This document shows, piece by piece, positions 47,919-61,028 of a stretch of 64,000 nt of DNA (position 1 is its first letter; each line of letters begins with the position of its first letter). The notes beneath the pieces were generated by a model that was not told the origin of the DNA, made no database searches, and saw nothing but the letters and a program-made list of their open reading frames with translations. The position numbers were made by a program, and so were the translations under genes. Source of the DNA: Babesia bigemina (taxonomy: Eukaryota); contig NC_027217.1 of assembly GCF_000981445.1 (NCBI RefSeq), positions 1,240,001-1,304,000 of the forward strand. The letters run 5' to 3'.

Positions 47919-50900
47919 ATGGTTCTTGACGGGCTATCGGAGCTGCAAAGCCTCAGTGCATCATCGAAGGTTGCACAAATTCTCAAAAATCACCTCGATC
48001 TCGACAATTCGGTACGTGGAAGCGAATGACTGTCACATAATACCAGGACCTTGTGGAGTTCATTATTCACCTAGCTAAGAAGGCAAAGAGTGCCGCCGAT
48101 TTCAACCGACTGCTTGATGAAAATGAAGCTGAGATGCCGACTGCCCTCGGAGAACAACTTTTTAACGTCGTGAGAACTCTGGACCCTCCCAAGAAGAATA
48201 AAGGTATGCCAACGTATCAATTAGAGACCTATAGAACCCATTCAGAAACGTGGGACGACATAATAGCCGCGGAAAATGACGAACGACTTAACTTCCCTGC
48301 ACTCTCCATGAGGAACAGCGACATCAAAAATGACAGCAGGCACAAAATTGAAGTCAAGAAAGAGGTAGGCGCGCATCTACCGTTACGTTGCAACTTCAAA
48401 TAGGGGGAACTGTCAGACTGGGCCAAAGAACTGTTGAAGCAGGAGACAGGTCAAGCATATGAGGACGACAGGGAGAGAGACAGTCGAAGAAATCGGGATG
48501 TACAGCGTGATAGGGAAAGGGATGGTCGCATAAGAGGCGAAAATGTACGTGTGAAGGATGACAGGGGTTCCCGTAATGACTATAAGGAAGGCTATAGAAG
48601 GGATAGCTACCGTTCACGAGCTGATGACAGAGATCGGCGATATCGCAGCCATGAGAGGAGAAGCAGGAGTAGCAGCGGGGAGCGCACGCCTACAATAGAC
48701 ATTAAAGGCCAAGTATTTCTTGGCAGGGTAAATAGGATCATGGAATATGGTGCATTTGTTTCGTTTCGTACCAAAACTGGGAGGCATGTTGGCCTCCTAC
48801 ACGTATCTGAAATACTTCCGGGTAAACGCCGACTTCTGGACGTAAGAGAGGTTTTAAAAGAAAATATGGAAGTGTATGTCAAGGTCGTTGCGGTCAACGG
48901 TGACAAAGTGAATCTGTCAATGAAAACCGTGGACCAGCATACCGGTAAAGAGGATTCCAGCCGAACGACATCTTCTATAAGTGAGGACACTCAAATCAGG
49001 CGTGTTCACACGACTATGATGGGAGAATCAACCAATGCCCCTTTGAACAGTTATGCGCACGGCGTTGAGGGCAGAAAGCGGCGTATGGTCACCGATCTTG
49101 AGAAATGGGAACAACAACAGTTAATTAACAGCGGCGTTCTAACGAAAGGAGAACGCATGGGCATGAATTTAAATGCAGATCGCGATGCCATAGAGGAGGA
49201 GGAAGAAGTTGAAATTGAAATTAATGAAGCGTGTCCCACCTTCCTCAAAGGTCAAACGAGACGTTCAGGTACTGTTCGTGACGTACGATTAACTAAAAAC
49301 ACCTATAGGCATCGAACTCTCTCCAATTAAAATTGTATCAAACCCAGAAGGCTCGCTTGCCAGGGCTATAACCACAAGCTCGACAATCGCAAGAGAACGA
49401 AGGGATGCTGAAAGAGCGCAGGAGGACCGTCACATTATAGAAGCCCGTCGCGACGATGCAACTGCAGAAGGTTTAAACTTGCGCCAGGGGGGTAGTAGCA
49501 CCGCACAGTTCATGATGGAATTGCAAAAGGCCAATAGTATGCATAAGAGGGAACACGCTCCGGGTGATAGAGGCCAACAAAAACAAACAACTCTGGTGTC
49601 AATTAAGGATCAAAGAGAGTCGCTACCAATTTTTAGTTTTAGGGAAGATCTATTGCAGGCCGTGCGTGAAAATGACGTCCTCGTCGTAGTGGGTGAAACC
49701 GGAAGCGGAAAGAGTACACAGATACCACAATATCTTGCGGAAAGTGGGTACAATTGTGGGCAAAACGGCAGCGTCAGAGTCATCGGGTGTACTCAGCCAA
49801 GACGGGTAGCCGCGATCTCTGTGGCAAAGCGCGTAGCTGAGGAAGTTGGTTGCAGGCTGGGTCAAGAGGTCGGATACTGTATTCGGTTTGAGGATTGTAC
49901 AACGAAGGACACCATGATCAAGTTCATGACTGACGGTATGCTATTGCGAGAGGTGCTTCAGGACCCCATGCTTGAGCGATACTCTTGCATCATGCTTGAC
50001 GAGGCACATGAACGCACCATAGCTACTGATGTCTTGTTCGCACTGCTCAAGGTGGGTTAGCTTGTGCGTAATCCGCACCTTACATGCTCTATACGCATAA
50101 ATCGACCGCTGATAAGCAGTGTGTAAGAAATCACAGCACGCTGCATAGGTACCGGTCGTATATTAACGAATGCCAATTGTGTTTAATGCTATGTATAAAG
50201 GTATAATTGGCTACATTACACTTTAGGAATGCTGCGCAAATCGAAATGACTTCAAACTCATCGTCACTTCGGCAACACTGGAAGCAGAAAAGTTTTCTGC
50301 GTACTTCAACGACTCTAGCATATTTTCAATACCCGGTAGGATGTTCCCAGTGGAGATTCTGCATACCAAGGAGCAAGAGAGTGACTATGTAGAGGCCTCT
50401 TTGATCACTGTGCTGAATATCCATTTAAACGAACCTGCTGGAGACATATTGCTTTTCCTTACAGGGCAGGAAGAGATCGACGTTGCGTGTAGGACACTGC
50501 ATGAACGTATGAAGAGGCTTGAGTCAATGTCGCCACCACCTTTGATCATTTTGCCTGTATATGCAGCTCTGCCGGGGGAAATGCAAAGCGCAATCTTCGA
50601 ACCAACGCCCCCTGGTTGCAGGAAGTGTGTCATTGCGACTAATATAGCAGAGGCATCGCTTACCATAGATGGTGAGTTCGTGCGTGCATTTACGATCTAC
50701 TAATCGAATTGCAGGCATATTCTACGTCATCGACCCTGGTTTCGCCAAAGTGAAGAGGTATAACCCCAGAACGGGCATGGAATCTCTGGTGGTCGTGCCC
50801 ATATCGCAAGCCAGCGCAAAACAGAGATCTGGAAGGGCAGGGAGAACTGGCCCCGGAAAGTGCTACCGACTGTATACGGAGGATTCATACAGGTCAGAAA

Positions 50901-51852
50901 TGCTTCCGACGGCCATTCCAGAAATCCAACGTACAAATCTTGCCAACGTCGTCATCCTACTCAAGGCAATGGGAATCAACGACTTTTTGAATTTTGATTT
51001 CATGGATAAACCCCCTGTCGAAACTTTAATCGACGCATTGGACAATCTCTACCACCTAGGTGCCCTAGACGACGAAGGGCTGCTAACAAGACTTGGACGA
51101 AAAATGGCCGAGTTTCCCATGGACCCTAACATGGCAAAAATGCTCCTGACGTCAATCGATATGGGGTGTTCGGATGAAATAATCACCATTGTTTCAATGT
51201 TGTCCATTCAGAACATCTTTTATCGGCCGCAGGACAAACAGGCGCAAGCGGACAGGGCTAAATCGCGATTCACACAAGCCGAAGGGGACCATCTTACATT
51301 ATTGGAGGTCTACAACCAGTGGAGGAGAAACAAATTCTCGTCTTTGTGGTGCCACGAAAATTTCCTACAGGTTGGTCCCCTTTTGCGTATCACACAGAAA
51401 TTCAGTCACGTGCGTTGTTGCGGGCACAAGAAGTACGCAAACAACTTATATCAATTATGGACAGATACAATTTCAAGGTGACATCGTGCGGCAACGATCC
51501 AGAGAAGGTTGCCAAGTCTGTCTGCGCAGGGTTCTTCCACCACTCGGCCCGCAGGGACCCGCAGGAGGGGTATCGCACCATCCTGGATCAGCAGAACGTT
51601 TTTATACACCCATCGTCAGCTCTGTACAACAGATCACCGGAGTACGTTGTGTACCACGAGCTGGTTATGACCACAAAGGAGTACATGCGGGACCTCACAA
51701 CAGTCAAGGCGCAATGGCTCCTCGAACTGGCGCCATCCATGTTCAAGAAGTGCGAAGGCGTTAGTAAGGCTAAGATGGGCCAAAAAATCGAGCCGTTGCA
51801 CAACAAGTTCGAGGAGAAGGACGCGTGGAGACTCTCCAAGCGCAGAGGGTAA
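47919..51852 (+). CDS. PRP22: Pre-mRNA splicing DEAH helicase PRP22/DHX8
   Basis: S1 domain, [30 protein letters not shown]-terminal [18 protein letters not shown]. Confidence 0.97.
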
Positions 51853-51940
51853 TAGCCACTCCACAGACGCCATGCTAAATGAGCAACGTAAACACCGATA
51901 TATTTGTATATTATGTTGTTCTGTTATGACTACATGCGCT

Positions 51941-52598
51941 CTACCTCCTCACATCGTCGTGTATCGTCTCGGGTAGCTCACCGACTACCGAAATCGCGTA
52001 ACAACCAGGAATCACATCGCCTGCGAGCATTATCTACCGCACACGCGACGGACACCTTGAGGTGCCGTGGACTCACCTAAATTGTTGAAACGCGCAGCCC
52101 ACGATTTTTGAGGGTCCATAATGGATATGAGTCCACTGAAGTTTGAACTTGTGCAATCCAACGTGCGCCTCCGGTCCCCATCCATCTGGAGGAAGGCGCA
52201 GTTCCCGCAACCACGCTCAAAAAACTGCACAGCGTTTTTTCTGATTTGGTAAACGTTTGCACCGCAAACTGTATTAGCTAACCTGGTCCTCACTCATTAT
52301 CAGGCGGCATGAAATGCAGGCCCGAAGCTTGAATATAGTACTTTCGCCTTCTTGGCGCTGGCGGTGGGTCCGTCTACAAGGATGTTAGAAACTCAACGCA
52401 TACAGTATAGAGCCAGCATACGCCGGTTCACGGTTATAAGAAGGTGATTCGGTCAACATACCGTGGTACGAAATCGAATTTCCCGCCGTTCAGGTCCTCA
52501 TACTCATCCTCTTCGTCCTCCTTGTCCAAATGATCGGACTCGAACATATCTAGCGCCAATATAAAACGTTGCATTTTACACTTACCTTTGCGTGCCAT
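51941..52598 (-). CDS. SPT4: Transcription elongation factor SPT4 (multi-exon)
   Basis: KLRACISCRLI..QFFERGCGNC, CTSSNFSG, DPQKSWAAR, PGCYAISVVGELP. Confidence 0.93.
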
Positions 52599-52917
52599 GG
52601 CTACCCAGTAGGACGCCGTGAATTGGTCACTGATGCAACCCGAATCGTGGCTAATGTGAGCATCCACACAACGCTGCGACACGGCTCATGGGTGATAACA
52701 ACCAACGGTATAACACCTATATTTTACCTATACCTATATGACCGTAATTACAGGGATGACAACTGCTCTTCCGGAGCGCTGATGTGTGACTAAGTGGTTT
52801 CCAGCAAGAAGGCATTAGCAACGGAAGCGAACGCGATCGTTCCTTAATCTTCTATAAGCATGCCAAAAGCTCATTTAGATCATATTGGCATCAATAATAC
52901 GTAGTTGTCCGTTTTAG

Positions 52918-54592
52918 ATGCAACACCTATCAAAAATGGCCAACGAGAGCTCCAGTGGAAGACGCGGCGTGTCGCTGGGCCTTAATGAGAAGGTCTTCCG
53001 CGCTAACAGGAGCATGGTGGTGCCCAGCTCAAACCTTTATGAGGCAAACGGAGGAGATTCCATGTTTGTAGAGCGCGAAATCGTGGTGGAATCTCACGTT
53101 CCTCTTGTGCAAGACAACTGGGAAACAACCTGGTCGACGTTCGACCATATAGAAGCCGCAATTGAGCGATCCATCCATTGCAGCACACAGCCATACGTTA
53201 GTATACTGGATGATGCTCTGGGAGAAGTGGCAAAACTCGAAAAACAAAGGGCAGCTAAGGAACTGGAAAAGCAAATGGAAGCTAAAGCATTGCAAGAACA
53301 GCAAGATAAGAAGCTAGCGCAACAGAAGACTGAATGTACGAATAAAAACCAGTCAGATGCCACTTCGAACCCTCATGTGGGTTGTTCGAAATCCAAATCG
53401 CATGTAGAAGCGGGACCAGCAAGCAGCCACGCTGCCGTGGCTAACGCATCACTTCAAGCAACTAAGGGAGGTATTCATACGACTACTGCAGGCAGTAAGA
53501 GCGCAATTAAAACGGCGGGTACGACTTCGAAATACGAAAAGGAGAGAGACGCCGCTGACGTCACTCAAGCGGACTATGTTCCCCGTAATTCGTACACCAA
53601 GCAAATCGACGACTACGAGGCAGAGCACGAGCAAATCAAGATTGAGTACGATGTGTTTGTGCAGAACAGTGATCCTGCGGTGAAATCAATCAGGTTGGAC
53701 GTCGCAAAGGCAGTAAACAGAACTGTTAACACACTGGCAAGCACGCAAAAGCAAGTGGATCATTCGTACACAACCCTACTCAACATACGGAATCAGTATG
53801 CGAATGAGCCTGGAGTTGCCACGTTCGTAATATTCAGAGTTATTGAAGCTGTGCTTGACTGCTGTGAACCTGGGTGTCAAATGTACCTCAACCCAAAGGC
53901 TGCATGGCCATCGGCACATCTCATCCGGGGAGTAATGGCGATGAAGTCAGAATGCAGGGCCATATATTACGCGTTGATAAAAAAGCGTTGTCCTTACGTC
54001 ATACCGAGACTCTACCTAAGCAGCAACACTAGCAGACTGGAGGCGCTCCATCGATATTCGAAAGACAACAGTAGCACCTATTTCAAAAGGCAAATGGCTC
54101 TTTTGAGGCTACATATTGCAGTTTTGGTGGTAACAAAGGACAGAGAGGGCCTCTGGGCATGGTTTGCAGGCTTCATTAATGCGTCTTCCAAACCAGTCTT
54201 CAAGCTTCCGTTATCGGGTGTGCTAGTCACTGCAATGCGTACTGCGGGCCATTTCTGCTTGGCATCATACAAAGAGCAGTTCAGAAAGGTATGTTTAACT
54301 GCATAGCGAACGCAAACGCGTAATTGTGCCAAACGCGGTCATTTAATCACATAAACTGACCCTGTCGCAGGTGCTTTCATTGTGCGGTGACATGGTCAAG
54401 AAGGGTCAATTCAAGGTACAAAATTGCGAGGCCGCGGGCATGTACCATGAACAGCTATCGCACTTTTTTGAAGAATACCGGTTGGTTCGATAGTTTCGAT
54501 TACCATCGTTGCTCAGCAAAAAGGGAACTCTGGAGAAGCCTGATGGATTCGAAATGAAGCGTCAAGAGGAAGACCTGCGACGGGACATCTGA
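52918..54592 (+). CDS. GLE1: mRNA export factor GLE1-like
   Basis: Coiled coil followed by KKRCPYVIP, LWAWFAGFIN, AG..C...YKEQFRK; last exon PDG. Confidence 0.75.
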
Positions 54593-54721
54593 GCCTGTAA
54601 AGGCCAGGCCGATGTACTACAGGTGCACACTTTGGGATGCTAAGTTAATCTAAGCATCCAATGAAGTTCACAACTAGGACGGTGCAATGCCTAAGTTACA
54701 CAAGTGCATTAACCTATGCGT

Positions 54722-57700
54722 TCAAGTCCATCTCATCGCAAACTTATGCCACTTCTCAGACAATGTGGCGGTCCAAGCCGAGGCAGAAGTCTCAACCAGA
54801 GAATTAACGTGCTGGCGCAAGTCATAGTCTCGATGTTCTGTAAGCATGAACTTAGATTCCATCTCGACCATTGCACTAAGATTCACGTTTTTCAAATTGC
54901 TATCGACCAATATGTATAACAGCATGATAATCAACTTTGCATGGCGGCGCAATATCGTGAACACAAGATAGAATCGTTCCTTGAAACGGTGGTAGAAGTA
55001 AGAATTGTGCCCTCCCAGAAATTCTAACAACTCAGGCGATAATTTAAAGGGAGGGGCAGAAAACGGTTTCGGGTCTGACCCCAACACATACCCGTAGTCT
55101 ACATGTACCACGTGACCGCTGCGGCTCACTATCAGATTGTCGTTGTGGCGATCCCCGATTCCCAAAAGGTACGTCAACGCGCTGTAAGAGGCCAGACTGC
55201 CGACGAAGTTCAGGCGTTTGGTCAGCGCGTCTACAAGTGACGGGTTATCACCTAAAACATACGCTTCGACGCTGCCGTGATCAGCCATAACAGCAGAAAG
55301 CGACTTCGTTTCCATCAAAAACTCCACGAAACCGTCCCTGGAACTCGTCGGGGTTACCTCATAGCTTTTTATATACGACTCCACGCCATGACGCCTCAGG
55401 AGAACGTCCGCGACCTTGACGATCTGTTGGCACAATTGATCCAAACGAAGGTCATCACTGTTTTTGAACATCACGTATCTCATATGCAAGTGTCCCTCCC
55501 TTTGTGAAGAAATTTTTGTTCCCGTGTGCTCTGCTAAGGAACTAGCGCTATCCAGTCCTTGCTGAGCAGCTGCAATATCGGACACGTAGAACGCCAAAAG
55601 AAGGGGGTCGTGACTCGTTTTGACGACGCTGCAGCGACCTGTGTCAATGGATCGTATCCAAAATGATGGGTTGCTGAATAAAGGTAGCTGTACATTGAAC
55701 CTAACGTTCGCATCAGATCCCATGCAAGTTCCCAAGCCGTGGAAAAGCTCACGCACGTCTTCGCTTTGAAGCGCTCCAGCCAAGGTGGCGCTTCTCCCAG
55801 TGTGACCATGCGAAGTCGATTTCAACTGTTGCATGAGAAAATTTAAGCGCTGTCGCAACAGGCGCTGAGACTTTATAGCGTGAAATACGCCTTGACTTTC
55901 ACCACCTGCCTGAATCACGCCGAGAAAATGGGTCATCTCATGCGATGGGCGTGTAATTGGCTTATCCCAGCTCTCCAGCGCCCAATACATCCTGATAGCT
56001 ATTTCGTGGTCAGTGCGACATGCTTCTATCAAGTGGTGAATAACCCTGCGCGATCCTGGGGCAACGACCAGCTGAGGTAAGAACCGAACCAACTTTTTCG
56101 TCGTATACTTCCTAATCAACAGATCACATGCGTACTCCTGCACCTCTTTAGGCACATGAGGCGGGGCAAAGTCGCGTGAAACAAGCTCCAGAAGCGTGCC
56201 TAAACAAGGTTCTTGCCACGCATACATAGCTCGTATCGCGGCATAACACTCTGTTGGCGAGCTCCAGTCAACAAAACGGAGGAAGGTGCTCAACGCACTT
56301 CCTGACAAGGACATGAGCCGCTGGTACCGCCACACCAACTCGTTTATCTTCCGGTAACCGATGCGACCACGCGATCCAGTCACATCAAAAGTGTCCAATG
56401 TTCCTGGGGCACTACTTACACTGTATAGGGGCGTGGATAACAAGCATTTCAGAAACGATATATCTGGTGGCTCCGGAAAGAAGGAAAGCCCGCCACCAGG
56501 GACGAACATCCTGCTGTTAATACTCAAAGTTTCGGCCATCATGGGGCAAATCATATATTGGTCCCTGTAAAAAGCTGGGGCTTGGATGAATCCCAGAACT
56601 GTAGGCATTCCACATACGGGGGCATTGTCAATAATATGCGTCATACGAACTATCCTTCGTATTGTATTTTCTTCGCATCCCTGGCCAAGGTAGATACTTC
56701 CCACGCGACGACGCCAAACACGATTCCTATAGCGCTGGTCATCTGTAGCAAATAAACGTTCCAACTTCGACATGTTGGCACAACCTGGAGAGAGCGTTCG
56801 GTCACTACTGTAACGATCGGACAGCCAACCGGGCGCATGCGATAACTGTGTACGCTTGCCCCCCGAATGTAGCATCATATGAAGAGTAGAAAAGGCGGTA
56901 CACCGGTTGGCTGATACAAATTTATCCACTTGAACTACACCCACTGTCAATATGGCTCTCGGAATCCCTTCTGCACAGCGCTCAATGGCAATGCTCCCCG
57001 AAAAGGCAAGAACCTGCAAGTAAAAGTACATAAGATAGCGATATGGTCCCATGTGAGACATATTTATGAGAGAGTTGTTGCGGTAAATGAAGGAAATGAT
57101 GCGTTTTAAATCCTCGCATATCCTGGTGAGGTGGGATGCGCAAACGCGACGTTGGGCGGGGCTGCAGCAGCAAGAATGGATGTTACAAACTTCATTTTGC
57201 TCCGTCAGTGGGGATTCGCGAGCATAAAACATGTCTACGTAACCGTTCACGGAACTGTTTCTTGGCGTTATGTCCAATTGCGACTTCGCGAATAGCAGAC
57301 CAGCCATAAAAATCTCGCTTCGCAGGACGAGATTTGAGCACTGTTTGTACCGCCAATTAGGAGTCTGGAATCGTAGAAATGTGTCTATATGGACAATAAT
57401 TGGAACCTTTATTCGGTCATGTTGTCGTGCATGCCACTTGCGGCGCCGCTGTCGATGACGCCGAAATAGGCTTTTAACTGCTGGTTTGGCAAATTCCTCA
57501 TTATCACACTTTCTTCCAAACTTAAAACCAGACATCAACTTTGTCAACTCGGCATACCAACACTCTTCGGTCGAAGATCCCTCCATAACGGAGGCTGCGA
57601 CGAGGCATTTTAAATGCCTCCGCAGCCTGAATTCGCAACTCTTACCTGCGTAACGTCGGAGTGAACAGCAATAAGCGCTGTGTTTTCCAAAGATTGGCGA

Positions 57701-58162
57701 TTTTGAACCTCTGCTGTACGTATTGCGGTGCTTCACTCGATGGTACCTCGGTGCATCAATACCGGGATATACGTCGTGATAGCCTGTAAGCTGGTTACGA
57801 TTGAGACACACAGTCACTGTATCCGATATAGCTTCACCATTTTCGTGTAGGGAACACCGGAGCTGTATGTCGGCCTGGCGTGGGTCCACAGGACACTGGC
57901 GACTAGGGTCTGATATCCCCTCCTGGTCTGCAATCTCACATGGCAGCAGGGCCGAGTTGTCGGCCGCAGTATTACGCCTCTCACTCCCATAGTCTTCACA
58001 TAAAAAGGCCAAGGAACCTAGCGAAACTACTAATTCGTGCAAGCCAAATTTGTGGAAATGCAGCCTGGGGTCTGGAGGAACCAAATCCTGTATCAAACCA
58101 GCCAAATGGCATCTGGACACATGGTTTTCGTATTTCATCACATCGCTACGATCCGACGACAA
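54722..58162 (-). CDS. VPS34: Class III phosphatidylinositol 3-kinase
   Basis: FVDWS, LPQLV helical domain, FKNSDDLRLDQL, LGIGDRHNDNL, HVDYGYVLGSDPKP. Confidence 0.93.
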   Translation of the reverse strand: MSSDRSDVMKYENHVSRCHLAGLIQDLVPPDPRLHFHKFGLHELVVSLGSLAFLCEDYGSERRNTAADNSALLPCEIADQEGISDPSRQCPVDPRQADIQLRCSLHENGEAISDTVTVCLNRNQLTGYHDVYPGIDAPRYHRVKHRNTYSRGSKSPIFGKHSAYCCSLRRYAGKSCEFRLRRHLKCLVAASVMEGSSTEECWYAELTKLMSGFKFGRKCDNEEFAKPAVKSLFRRHRQRRRKWHARQHDRIKVPIIVHIDTFLRFQTPNWRYKQCSNLVLRSEIFMAGLLFAKSQLDITPRNSSVNGYVDMFYARESPLTEQNEVCNIHSCCCSPAQRRVCASHLTRICEDLKRIISFIYRNNSLINMSHMGPYRYLMYFYLQVLAFSGSIAIERCAEGIPRAILTVGVVQVDKFVSANRCTAFSTLHMMLHSGGKRTQLSHAPGWLSDRYSSDRTLSPGCANMSKLERLFATDDQRYRNRVWRRRVGSIYLGQGCEENTIRRIVRMTHIIDNAPVCGMPTVLGFIQAPAFYRDQYMICPMMAETLSINSRMFVPGGGLSFFPEPPDISFLKCLLSTPLYSVSSAPGTLDTFDVTGSRGRIGYRKINELVWRYQRLMSLSGSALSTFLRFVDWSSPTECYAAIRAMYAWQEPCLGTLLELVSRDFAPPHVPKEVQEYACDLLIRKYTTKKLVRFLPQLVVAPGSRRVIHHLIEACRTDHEIAIRMYWALESWDKPITRPSHEMTHFLGVIQAGGESQGVFHAIKSQRLLRQRLNFLMQQLKSTSHGHTGRSATLAGALQSEDVRELFHGLGTCMGSDANVRFNVQLPLFSNPSFWIRSIDTGRCSVVKTSHDPLLLAFYVSDIAAAQQGLDSASSLAEHTGTKISSQREGHLHMRYVMFKNSDDLRLDQLCQQIVKVADVLLRRHGVESYIKSYEVTPTSSRDGFVEFLMETKSLSAVMADHGSVEAYVLGDNPSLVDALTKRLNFVGSLASYSALTYLLGIGDRHNDNLIVSRSGHVVHVDYGYVLGSDPKPFSAPPFKLSPELLEFLGGHNSYFYHRFKERFYLVFTILRRHAKLIIMLLYILVDSNLKNVNLSAMVEMESKFMLTEHRDYDLRQHVNSLVETSASAWTATLSEKWHKFAMRWT

Positions 58163-58370
58163 ATGCGATATCCCTCAATACAAATTAGCAGCGCCCGGGA
58201 AGACAGTCTTCCAACCTTTGCATTGTCAGCTTCGCTGCGATAGCCTTTATACTGCTCGATTCTTTGTACTACATTTAAAAATACTACGTGTACGTCCGAT
58301 TGCAACACGAACCCTTCGGTAATACGGCACCTTCCGTTGTCGAAGGAGCGCCATCGACTATGTGTGTAGA

Positions 58371-60252
58371 ATGTATGCTATGCCATGTCGGCTATGTAAA
58401 CCGTATGGTCTCCCAGGATGATTGCCGTGGTATAGCTTAATCGCGTACTATCGTAATATATTGATGTGTGGGACCCTGTAGGCTTCCGCGCCCGTAAATC
58501 TCAGTTGAGTACATGGAAAGTCGCTAGGTTATGTGTCCTTCCAACGCGACACAAAATCGCAGTATCGCACATTCTTGGCTATGTCTTACATAATAGGGTT
58601 GGCTCGCACCCCTTTCTCGCCCGTTTTGGGAGCACTGGTGGAGGAATCCAGTATCGCGCTAGGTAGGTCAGCAACTGTTACGTCTTGACGTATACATAGG
58701 AGCAACAGCACTTAATGGGGCGTTAAGCCGCAGTCTTACGTCGCGCAATCGCATAGACCGTCTTGTGTTGAGCCAAGTTTTTTCCGCCGGTGCAGGGTCG
58801 TCACCAGCAAGACAGATTTCAATCAATACGGGTAGGTGTTTCCTCTTAAGGCTGGCATATTATGCATCAATCTGATAGCGTAGTCCGGTTTCTAAGAGTT
58901 TATTATGATACGGTAGGGCTGCCCAGCTCCACTCGATGTTTCCAAACAAGCCAGCTATGCACAAGCGGCCTGAAAGCCATCAGTATTGCAAAAGACGCGC
59001 TGGATCTCCGCAAGTCACAACTAACGTCCGTAGTGGGAGCAGAAAGCACCTCACAAGCGCCTTTCCTTCTCACGTAAGTTCCACATTGACGCAAGCGTAT
59101 AAACATGCAGGAAGGCTAGAGCAGGTGGGTACGGGGTCGGAGACGACGTACTGGTGGACTCCGTAACATCTGACGGGTTCACGAAAATGGGCATCGACGT
59201 GGATAGCTTCACGAAAAACGCACGTATATCGAAATTGGAAATGGTGCAATACGCCGCCGAATCCTTCAGGCGTGCAGCAGCGTGCTACAGCGATGGGATA
59301 ATGCAAATCGAAATCGCTCCTGTAATAGTGAAAAACAGTAGGAGTGACGCGTGCGTGTTTGCAAACGAGTGCAGAGCGATCGGCGGCGCGTGAGGGCGAA
59401 GCGTGGATATCACACCCGCATACGAAACTGGTCGAAGATACTTTGCCCAGACATTTTGTACCCAAGCATGCGTCTGCTTCCACAATCAAAACAAAGAGTA
59501 CCATGGCAGATGGGGCTTGCTCTTTGCTACTGTGCGACGACGGATTCCTTCGAGAAAGCGGAGCGACCCCCTTCGCACGCATCCTGGATTGCTGCGAGCT
59601 GAGCACGGATTCAGACAGGTTCCCCGATGCCTTAACTGATGTTATCAGGGAGTGTAGTCGTCGAGTGAACTCACGAATTGATATTTACGACATCAACGAC
59701 CAGTACGCATTCCTGCCAATATATGTTGCCAAGGCCCTAAATATCGACCATTCTCGCATCAACGTTCACGGAAGCACCATCGCGATAGGGCACCCCATGG
59801 GTAGGTGTTATGATCGTTACCTGTGTCTGGTTAGTCAATGAAAATGTGCAATACGCTACACCGGTGCCAAAAGGTAAATGGCGCAATGGCTTGCCTAGCT
59901 TATACAATCTACCCTCAAACTAGTGACACTACCAAAAAATGTCTATGGGGAAATGTACCTCGCATGAATCAAGCCCGTGCTTCCCTTAATTATGAACAGG
60001 GAATGTCTTGACGCTACATCTGCGGATTGCATATACATGTCAATCACATTCAGCACGTATTCCGCATGGTACAATTCATTAATACAATACATGTTGGGTT
60101 CTGGAAACGTTAACGAAATTGTAGGTGCAACAGGAATACGTCAGATTATCTCACTCGTAACAGCACTGCGTTCGCAAGGGTTGCAATACGGATGTGCTGC
60201 CGGAGCGAATGCGGTGGGAGATGCTATAGCCGTGATACTGGAAGTGCCTTAA
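58371..60252 (+). CDS. Thiolase (acetyl-CoA acetyltransferase)-like, divergent (start approximate)
   Basis: ARTP, PARQ, QLCTSGLKAI, ADGAC, INVHGSTIAIGHPMGATGIR. Confidence 0.85.
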
Positions 60253-60911
60253 TTAACTCCATACATGTTTATACACATTACTGCTTCATCCAAAATGGAA
60301 CGGGATAAGAACCCGCGGCGCGGCTCGTCGTCCAAATCCACCTTGTACACGCTAACCTCGGGTTCGCTTTCTATAAACCTCATTAACTCAGCCTCAGCAT
60401 CTACGGAGGGTACGTTTTGCGCAGAGGATACGTCTACCACCAGGAATTTGATAGCAGCGCAATTGCGGTTAATCCGGAAAAACTTAACGGCGGCACTGAA
60501 ACCGGTCCGATATTTATCATAGGAAGTAACATAGACGATCACATGGACTCCAGAAATCAACGTTGTATCCGTAGCTGCGTCGAGGAAGTTTTCGCTCTCC
60601 GGAGGTGTGAAAAAATCCAGAATCGCACCACGATACCAGTTACGGCGGCGTATCTCGGCGAACATGCATTCTAGAGGTACACGTGCGAGGTATGGGTCAT
60701 CCTTTGGTATTGCACACTCGCGCGGCACGTCCCCGTTGGGAAGTGACGAGGTGCCGTCGACCTCTACGAGGAGCGTTTCAAGGTCGTACACACGTGAAAG
60801 CAACTCAGCAAACGATGCACAGGCGTCAGGCTCATCACCAGCGGTTAGGATCCTGTGAGCACGCCTTACACCCTTTTTTACATCCAATATTCCGAAAACC
60901 AGGTCAAACAT
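60249..60911 (-). CDS. Hypothetical protein
   Basis: 220-aa ATG-initiated ORF with alternating alpha/beta pattern. Confidence 0.65.
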   Translation of the reverse strand: MFDLVFGILDVKKGVRRAHRILTAGDEPDACASFAELLSRVYDLETLLVEVDGTSSLPNGDVPRECAIPKDDPYLARVPLECMFAEIRRRNWYRGAILDFFTPPESENFLDAATDTTLISGVHVIVYVTSYDKYRTGFSAAVKFFRINRNCAAIKFLVVDVSSAQNVPSVDAEAELMRFIESEPEVSVYKVDLDDEPRRGFLSRSILDEAVMCINMYGVN

Positions 60912-61028
60912 CGCGTGGCATAATGTAGACTGCGGCGGAGTCTATACAGACTTATAGCGGATTGCCATAAGTAAATCACACGTTAACAGCTTTTGGGAAA
61001 TGAATGCCGTGTAGAGTGTAGGGCGCTG

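Noticed and set aside
55080..55110. DYG instead of DFG in VPS34 as an inactivating change
   Set aside because: Conservative substitution; the catalytic Lys, DRH and Asn are intact
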